DNA from: Fonticula alba ATCC 38817
Lineage: Eukaryota; Protista; Nucleariida
Direction: 5' to 3' (one strand)
DNA length: 8,197 nucleotides
Assembly (NCBI GenBank): GCA_000388065.2
Contig: KB932210.1
The notes under the pieces are model-generated. The model saw only the letters and a program-made list of their open reading frames with translations, did no database searches and was not told the DNA's origin. The number at the start of each line of letters is the position of its first letter. The first letter of the stretch is position 1. The translations under genes were made by a program, and so were the position numbers. Below, one piece after another: positions 1 through 7,000 of the stretch.

Positions 1-1140
1 AGCTGCCCGGAGTCGGCCGACACGTGCGCCCTGTGCGAGCGGGGGTTCCTCCTGGCCGGCGGCGCATGCGGGACCGAGTGCCCGGCCGGCGCCGCACCCC
101 AGGGCGGCCTGTGCGCCAGCTGCCACGGCTCGTGTCTGACCTGCTACGGGCCCGGGCCGGGCCACTGTCTGACCTGCGGCGCGGCCTTCCCGCTGATGGT
201 GGAGGGCCACTGCCGGGACGCCTGCCCGGCGGGCACCTTCGAAAGCGAGGGGACATGCCTGCCCTGCCACGGGACGTGTGCCACCTGCACCGGGCCCTCG
301 GGGGCCGAGTGCAGCGCGTGCCCGCCCGACCGGGTGCTTACCCCGGCCGGCGAGTGCCTGGCGGCCTGCCCGCCGGGCGAGTATGCCACCGCCGCCGGCC
401 CGGCCGCCGGGCTGACGTGCGCCCGGTGCCACGCCACCTGCCACACGTGCCAGGGCCCGGATGCCTGCGGCACCTGCCGGCCCGGGGAGTGGCTGCACCC
501 GGATGGCCACTGCACCGGGGCCTGCCCGGCGGGGCACTTCCCCGGGGCCGGCACCGGGCGCTGCGAGGCCTGCCCGGCCGGGTGCGCGGCCTGCATCGGG
601 CCCGGCGGGCCCGCCGGCGCCGGCCACTGCACCGGCTGCCAGGCCGGCCTGCTGCTGTCGGCCCGGGAGGGCACCTGCCTGGAGGCCTGCCCGCCGGGGG
701 AGTTCGCCCTGGCCGGGTCGCCCCTCTGCCAGCCCTGCCAGGGCGACTGCCGGACATGCGCCGGCCAGGCAACCCGGTGCACCGGCTGCGCCCGGGGGCT
801 GCTCCTGCCGGAGGCCGGCACCTGCGTGGCCGCCTGCCCGGAGGGCACCGGCCCGGCCCCGGCCCCGGTGCCCATGTGCCTCGGCTGCCCGGCCGGCTGC
901 GACCGGTGCACCGACAGCCGGGCCGACTGCGCCACCGGCCCGGACGGCCGGCTGGCCTGCGCGCAGGCCGCCACCTGCGCCCGGTGCCGCGAGCCCCTGC
1001 TCCTGGACCGGGGGGGAGCCTGCGTGGCCGACTGCCCGGCCGGCACCTTCCACGACTGGGAGGCCTCGCCGGCGGCGTGCTCCGCCTGCGACCCGCGGTG
1101 CGGCACATGCTCCGGGCCCGGGCCCGACAGCTGCACCGAC
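1..1140 (+). repeat. Tandem furin-like (FU / growth-factor-receptor-type) Cys-rich protein repeats, gene 1 ectodomain
   Basis: Recurring unit approximately C-x2-C-x3-C-x2-C-x7-C-x2-C-x(9-15)-C-x3-C-x10, e.g. CLPCHGTCATCTGPSGAECSACPPDRVLTPAGECLAACPPGEY. Confidence 0.9.
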
Positions 1141-2736
1141 CGGCGCCCCGCCTCGCGACGCCTCGGTACGCCGCCCCGCCACACCCTCGCCCCCGGCGCC
1201 CCCCGGCCGCTGGACACCGGACACTGACCACTTGGCTGGGGGTGGGGGCCTTTCCCGTCCCGCCTCCGCCGGCACCGCCCCCCCCCCCCCCCCCCTCTGT
1301 CGACCTCAGCGCTCGGCGTCGGCCTCGGCCTGGGGCTGCTGATGCTGCTGCTGGTGCTCCTCGCCCTGCTGCTGCTGTTCCTGCGCGTGCGCCGGGCCCG
1401 CGCCCTCGGGCCCAAGGGCGGAAGTGTACGTCGGCCCTCGGGCGCCTGTGCCACCTGCCCCCGCTGCGTGCTGCCCCCTCGCCGGATCGGTGCCCTGACA
1501 TCTCCCCCGACCCCCCCCCCCCCCCCGCAGCCCGGGCGCCTGCTCATCCAACGCCCGGACGAAGGTGCGCCCCATGCCCCGGACCCACGCTCCGGCTGCC
1601 TCCCCCGCACACACGCACACACACACACACACACACATACATACATACACACACATGCACAGCCGGCCCGGCGATGGCGCCTGGGTGGCCCAGGCCGGGG
1701 ACCCCCCCTTCCCGTTCCTCACCAACACCCGCCCGCCCGTCCCCGCCGCGCTGGCCGCGACGGCTCCCGCCCGGCCCGACCCACCGCAGATGCCACCATG
1801 GTCAACACCATGGTGGAGCTCGCCCTCCCCGGGACCATCCTCATCAACATGCAGCAGGACTTCGCCCGGCTGGATGAGGACCAGCTCGGGGCCGGGACCC
1901 AGGCCACGGTGTTCGCCGCGCGCCCGGTCGGCCCGGGCACCGCCGAGGCCCTCGGCTGCCCGGACACCGTGGCCATCAAGCAGCTGAAGAGCCCCAAGCT
2001 CCGGCCCTCGCAGGAGACCCTCTTCCAGAATGAGGTGGCCCTGATGTGGCTGCTGCGCGGCGCGCCCAGCGTCGTCCGGCTGTACGGCTACAGCGACCAG
2101 CCGCCGGCCCTGGTGATGGAGCGCTTCGACAGCGACCTGGCCGCGCTGCTGCACTCGGACGCGGCCATCGCCCCGGCCGCCATGCTGGACATCATCCACC
2201 AGTGGGCCGCCGGGCTGGAGGCCATGCACGCCCAGGGGGTGGCCCACCGGGACCTGAAGCCGGGCAATGTCTTTGTCAGCCGGCGCCCGGACGGGGCATG
2301 GTCGGCGGCCCTCGGGGACCTGGGCGCCGCGCGAAACCTCCACGCCGACCGGTCCTCGGCCCTGGTCAACGACACGCCGGACCTGAATGCCATGACGGCG
2401 CGGTACGCCGCGCCCGAGGTCCTGGCCGCCTTCCACCGGCGCCGGGCCCTCGACACGGAGCTCCTCCTCCCGGCGGACATCTACTCCGCGGCCATCATGC
2501 TGTGGGAGTGCCTCTCCCGCGTTGTCCCCTGGCGCGGGTGCAACTTCGAGCAGATCTCCGCCAAGGTCCTGACCGGCGACCGCCCCCCGGTCGGCCGGTG
2601 TCTCTCGGCCGGCGGCCATGCCCTCGGCGACCTCCTCCACGACATGTGGGACTCCAACCCCCACGTCCGGCCGCTGGCCGCGGCGCTCCGCCACACCGTC
2701 GGCCAGGCCCTCCCCCCGGCCACCGGGGGGCCGTGA
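1..2736 (+). CDS. 5'-truncated single-pass receptor Ser/Thr (TKL-like) kinase with furin-like Cys-rich ectodomain; join(<1..1165,1310..1425,1531..1564,1790..2736), ~753 aa visible
   Basis: Frame 1 is open from base 1 (SCPESADTCALCERG...). Removing three GT-AG introns joins the Cys-rich repeats to a TM helix (ALGVGLGLGLLMLLLVLLALLLLFL-RVRRAR) and a kinase. The spliced length is 2262 nt = 754 codons, ending in TGA at 2734-2736. Third codon positions are almost all G/C in this frame. Confidence 0.92.
1166..1309 (+). other. Intron 1 of gene 1 (144 nt, phase 1)
   Basis: Donor G|GTACGC at 1166. CTGAC branch-like motif at 1224-1228, C18 tract at 1278-1295, and the first AG after the branch motif is CAG ending at 1309. 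Splicing removes the in-frame TGA (1225-1227) and joins ectodomain to TM in frame. Confidence 0.88.
1312..1383 (+). other. Transmembrane helix of gene 1 (type I topology)
   Basis: 24 consecutive hydrophobic/Gly residues LGVGLGLGLLMLLLVLLALLLLFL followed by the basic stop-transfer RVRRAR (positive-inside rule). Confidence 0.9.
1426..1530 (+). other. Intron 2 of gene 1 (105 nt, phase 0)
   Basis: Donor GTACGT at 1426, CTGAC at 1495-1499, C16 tract at 1511-1526, acceptor GCAG ending at 1530. The intron is 3n and stop-free, so the ORF alone does not require its removal. Confidence 0.72.
1565..1789 (+). other. Intron 3 of gene 1 (225 nt, phase 1), flanking a 34-nt micro-exon (1531-1564)
   Basis: Donor AG|GTGCGC at 1565. 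Contains a CA microsatellite and low-complexity sequence, branch-like CTCAC/ACCAAC at 1718-1726, and acceptor GCAG ending at 1789. The junction gives ...RPDE-D-ATMVNT. Confidence 0.78.
1608..1661. repeat. Compound (CA)n/(CATA)n microsatellite inside intron 3
   Basis: cacacacgcacacacacacacacacacacatacatacatacacacacatgcaca is directly visible. Confidence 0.95.
1861..2700 (+). other. Protein kinase domain, Ser/Thr-type catalytic loop, TKL-like
   Basis: Gly loop LGAGTQATV (1885-), VAIK (K 1978-1980), alphaC Glu in NEVALM (2032-2034), HRDLKPGN (2245-2268), DLG (2317-2325), TARYAAPE (to 2418), DIYSAAIMLWE (2476-), and the subdomain XI Arg in HVRP. Confidence 0.93.
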
Positions 2737-2764
2737 GATGGCCCGGCGCTCTCTCCGGCCGGCC

Positions 2765-2806
2765 GGGGGGGGGGGGGGGGGGGCCCCCCCCCCTCCGGCC
2801 CGGGGG

Positions 2807-2840
<34 letters not shown>

Positions 2841-2844
2841 GGGA

Positions 2845-2877
<33 letters not shown>
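2765..2877 (+). repeat. Poly-G cluster (G19, C10, G7, G30, G31) just 3' of the gene 1 stop
   Basis: Runs read directly at 2765-2783, 2784-2793, 2802-2808, 2810-2839 and 2847-2877. Exact lengths are subject to homopolymer sequencing error. Confidence 0.9.
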
Positions 2878-2878
<1 letters not shown>

Positions 2879-3044
2879 GAAGGAAGACCGGGCAGGAGGG
2901 AGGTAAGGAAAACCGCGCGGGGGCGGCAGAAAAATGCGGGTATTTTTCCTGCCCGCGGCTCGGTCACACAGCCCGGGTACCCCGAGGCTCCCGGCGGGAT
3001 GAAGAATCGGCTGTTCTTTCCCGGCGCGCCTGGCCCAGCCGGTG

Positions 3045-3101
3045 CCCCCCCCCCGGATGCACGCCGCCCCCCGCCGGGGGGGGGGGGGGGGGGGGGGGGG
3101 G
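3045..3101 (+). repeat. C10 and G26 homopolymer runs in the intergenic spacer
   Basis: C run at 3045-3054, G run at 3076-3101. Confidence 0.9.
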
Positions 3102-3401
3102 TCCTGCCCTCATATCGTGCCCCTGGGAGGAGAGGCCGGCCATGCCCGGGGGGGCGGATGGGCGGGCGGAAGAAAAAAATAATAGAAGCACACCAAAAAT
3201 ACACAACGCACCGACAGAGCACGAGAGGCAACCCCGCCAACCGGCCGCCCTGCTCCGGGGCCTTGCCATTGGCGGCGGCCCGCGCGGCCGCTGGCCGGCC
3301 GGGGCCAAGGGGTGGGGCCATGTGCCTGGCCCCCCTCAAGCCCCGGAGTCCCGACCCCCGGCCATAATAGCCCCCTTCCGGCAAGCGTGGGCCCGGGGCT
3401 C

Positions 3402-3422
3402 GGGGGGGGGGCGGGGGGGGGG
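3402..3422 (+). repeat. G10-C-G10 run
   Basis: Directly visible at 3402-3422. Confidence 0.85.
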
Positions 3423-3602
3423 CGCATTTGGCAGTTGGCAGCCGGCCGCATTCGGCGGCACCTCGCCCCGGGCCCGTCCCCCATTTCCCGGCTTTCCCTC
3501 CGGGGGTTCTGACCCCTCGCCCCCGGGCGGCCGGCCCCGGTTGCCGGGGACCTCCGCATGCTGCCCCAGGGGCAGGCATTCGCCAGATCTGGAACGCCGA
3601 GC

Positions 3603-3840
3603 CCAATACCGGCGTGCGCGCGCACGGCCGCCGACGGGGGAGACGCGTCCGGGGCGGGCTGCCTGGCAAGTGCGGAGGGTGAGCCGCGAAGCGCCGACAG
3701 CGGGGCAGCGTGTGAATACGCGTGTGGTCCCCCTGTGCTCTCGCCGCGCCATCACTAGCCGGATCCCGGACACGCGGCAGGAGGGGGACCGGCGTCGGAT
3801 GCCATGCTCCCCGCGCTAAGGGCCGGCACACAACTATATG
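3603..3840 (+). promoter_or_regulatory. Putative promoter region of gene 2
   Basis: Lies 135-370 nt upstream of ATG 3975. Contains CCAAT (3603-3607), a GC-box-like GGGGCGGG (3651-3658), two ACGCGT (3643, 3718) and TATAT (3835-3839), followed by a pyrimidine-rich stretch. Motif matches only, with no TSS data. Confidence 0.3.
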
Positions 3841-3974
3841 ACGGCGCCTCTCGCGGCATTCGCCGCAGCCACTTGCCTCGCAACTCTCCCCGCCCCCGCA
3901 TTTCCCCCCTCCTGATCCGCGGCCGCTCCCCTCCCCCGGCTCCTCGGCCTCGCGCTATCCTGTGGCTCTCGAGC

Positions 3975-4067
3975 ATGCTTCGGCCACGCCGGCGGCCGGC
4001 CGGCCCCCTCCGGGCGGCCCTGCGACTGCTGCTGGGCCTGGGCGCCCTGCTGGCCTGCGGGCTGGCC
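3975..4067 (+). other. Signal peptide of gene 2
   Basis: MLRPRRRPAGPLRAALRLLLGLGALLACGLA|S: basic n-region, Leu-rich h-region, small residues near the predicted cleavage site. The exact cleavage site is uncertain. Confidence 0.75.
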
Positions 4068-7000
4068 TCCACGCCGGTGGGGCTCCTCCGGTCGGCCGGG
4101 CCCCTGCACTTTGCCCTGCCCCCCGGCGCCGCGGGCACCCTCGGTGCCTTCCACAGCGGCCAGCCCAGCCAGCTGGTGGTCAGCCCACCCGACCAGCCGG
4201 CCACCCTCCACCGGCAGACCGCCATCCTCACCACGTACCAGGACATCCGACTGGGCAGTCTCTTCGGCCGGGCGCCCTCAGACCCGCTGCCCGGGCCGCC
4301 CGGCGGCGACACGGCCCCCGATGTCCAACTGATCATCTCGCCCAGCCCCAACGGGCCGTGCCTCTTCAGCCTGTCCAGTGCCAATGCCGGCTTCTTCCGT
4401 GCCGGCCAGTGGCTCCTGAACCCCATCGCCGCGGGTGCCGTGGCCCTGGCACACACGGCATTCGAAAGCAACACCGCCTTCCTCCTGCTCCATTGGCCGG
4501 ACTCCAACCAGCTGAAGCTTGCCACCTTCCCAAACACCGGCATGGCCAAGGTCATCGATCTTGGCACGGCGATGGCCGGCCCAGCACCGCTGGCCGCCGC
4601 GGCCGGCACCCCGCTGGCCTTCCTCACAGCCCGGGGCACCCAGGTGAAAGTCTTCTTCCCGACAGCCAATGGCCAGGGGATGGCCAACTCCTTTGCCACT
4701 AATCTGCCAGCCCCGGTGGTCGGCTCGCCGATCATCACTCGCTTGCGTCCCGGTGACCCGGCCCTTGCGCTGTTTCTGCTCAATTCAGGCCAGGTGGCGT
4801 CCTATGCGATTGACTACAACAATCTGTCCTCTCATGGCGACATTTACGTCCCGGACGGAGCTGCCGCCGATGCCCGGCTCTTCGGCGCCAGCTGCCTCGA
4901 GCTCGGCCCCAATGACGGGGGTCCCCTGTTTCTGGCCAATCCCGGCCCCGATGGTCGGCTGTGGCGGCTGAATGTCGACACCGGTGGCCACCTCGCCGGC
5001 TGGACGGAGCTCCGGCTGCCGGCCGGCACCCTTGCCGGTGCCCTGCGCCCGGTGCTCCTGAACACGGCCACCGGCCCGATGTGGACCCTGGCCGACTCGC
5101 ATGCATACCTCCAGGCCGATGTGTTCGGCTGCTCCACCACCGACCCGACCATCTCCTGCTCGGCCACCGAGTACACCTGCGCCAGTGGCAGCGTCCCCTC
5201 CGGACTGCTGATGGATGGGCGCCTGTGTGCTGGCTGCGAGGATGGCACCACCGCCTCGAGCCCCTGGTCCGCTGCCGGTACGCCTCTCCTCGTCGGCCTG
5301 CCCGCCGTGTGGGAGCCCTTCCCCTCAACTAACCCCCCCCCCCCCCCGGCGGCGGCGGCGGGGCTCCTTTCCATGTCCGGAGCCAGCACCCTGCACGGCC
5401 TGCATGCAGGCCGGCTGCCTCGTTTGCCACGACGCCAGCTGCCTCCATTGCCCGGCCGGCACCCTGCCCCAAACCGACATGCAATCCGGCGACACCGTCT
5501 GCGTGAGCTCCTGCGCAGCTGGCTACCACGCGGCCGGCGGCCGCTGCCTGCCGGTGATGCCACGCCGCCCGCGCGGGCTGACGCACCCGGAGCCGAGATT
5601 CCAGGGGCCCGGCGGCTCGGGCGCCCCTCCGATGTCGGGGGCCCGGCTTTTGGCCCCGACGTGCCTGGCCACCGCCAATGGCCAGCTGTCGCTCCTGCTC
5701 GACCCCCCGAGCGGCCGGGCTTCCGATACGCGCCTGCTTCTCTTTCACTCGGATCCCCAGCACAAGCCGGCCATCCTCCACGCGAATGTCTTCAGCGGGC
5801 CCCCGGCCGCCGGGCCGCTGTTCGATGTGCACCCGCTTGACCTCTGGCCAGCCGATGCGCCCACCTTCACGCACTTTCTGAATTTGCTCCCGGTCGAGCA
5901 GACGTCCGGTGCCCCGGCCGCGGCCCTGCTCGGCTGCCATGGCCACACCCTGCACTGGGGCAAGGTGATGTGCAATGGGCCGGCTTCCCTGGCGGGGTCT
6001 TGCGCCGCATACTTCGGCACCTTCACCGACACCGAGGCCCCTTGCTACGGCCTCCGCGCGTTGGCTCCGAATTTGGCGGCCGTCCTGGGCGCGCGCAGCG
6101 GCCTGCGCCTGGCCATGCTCCACCCCTCGGGCGGCATTCGCATGCAGAGCCTGCCGGGCTACATCCAGCCCCCGGCGGTGCTGCCGCTGTTGTCCCACTC
6201 GAGCGCGGTGTCCGATTGGCTGCTGGCCGTGGGCCCCCAGCAGTCGGGCTTCCTGCCCCTGAATATGGCCCTGGTGCAGGACCCGCGGCTGGAAGCAGCG
6301 CCCCCGGCCCTGCGCCACATGGTGCCGGACGGCTGGGTCCCGGTGGCCCTGCCGCACAAAACGCGCAGCCTGGCGGAGGTCTTCTTGACGGGCCTTCACC
6401 ATGATTCCCCGCCCGGCGGTGAGACTCCCCCCGCATGGGTCGTGGAGCATGTCCCCCTGTCTGGCGGCGAGGCGCAATGGACCGTCGCCGGGCTCTCCAC
6501 CCAGGAACAGGTGCTCGGCCGGCTGCCGGTCGACCCCGGGCCGGATGTCCATTTCCGGGTCCTCTCCACGCCGGGCGATGTGAATGTCCCAAGCGCCCTG
6601 CTGCTGCTGTCCCCGCGGGTGGTGGGCTTTGCCCAACTCCAGTGCCTGCAGTTGGGCGGCTGCTGGCTTCGGGACGCTTGGTTCCAGGTCCTCTCGGCGG
6701 ACCTGGCCTTCGATCCGGCACTGGCCCTGCCGCTGCCCCAGAATGCCAGCCCCTCCACCCGCGTCGACATGCTGGTCATCCGGCCCGGCATCGGCCTGGC
6801 GACCCTGGCCCTTGAGGAACAGTGCGGCAGTGACTTCTCCGACCCGAACCCCTGCGTACCCTGCCATCCGCGCTGCGCCACCTGCTCCGGAAGCAGCCCC
6901 TCCCAATGTATCAGCTGCTCTCTGGCAGCATGGCGCGAGCCGTTCGACTGCCTGGACTACTGCCCGGAGGGGCTCGTCCACCAGGGAAACCAGTGCGTCT

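Noticed and set aside
1661-1662. Cryptic acceptor AG after the CA repeat
   Set aside because: Its use would shift out of the kinase frame and stop at 1875-1877. It has no clear branch motif upstream.
24-1877. 617-aa and other alternative-frame ORFs (144..1652, 338..1501, 461..1342, 2046..2906, 6584..7252, 7188..8126 etc.)
   Set aside because: Off-frame or antisense to clear coding exons; Arg/Pro/Gly-rich translations typical of GC-rich shadows.
2618-3367. 249-aa poly-Gly ORF and neighbouring spacer ORFs
   Set aside because: Simply the translation of poly-G tracts, with no coding signature.
1306-3831. 841-aa minus-strand ORF
   Set aside because: Spans poly-G/C tracts, a microsatellite and the kinase antisense strand. 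Stop scarcity is explained by GC content.
3838-3915. 25-aa hydrophobic uORF (MTAPLAAFAAATCLATLPAPAFPPS)
   Set aside because: Its ATG overlaps the putative TATA element and is probably not transcribed. Short Ala/Pro ORFs are expected at this GC.
3804-3974. In-frame upstream ATG at 3804 extending gene 2
   Set aside because: The added 57 aa look non-coding, lie upstream of or across the TATA-like motif, and would bury the signal peptide that starts at 3975.
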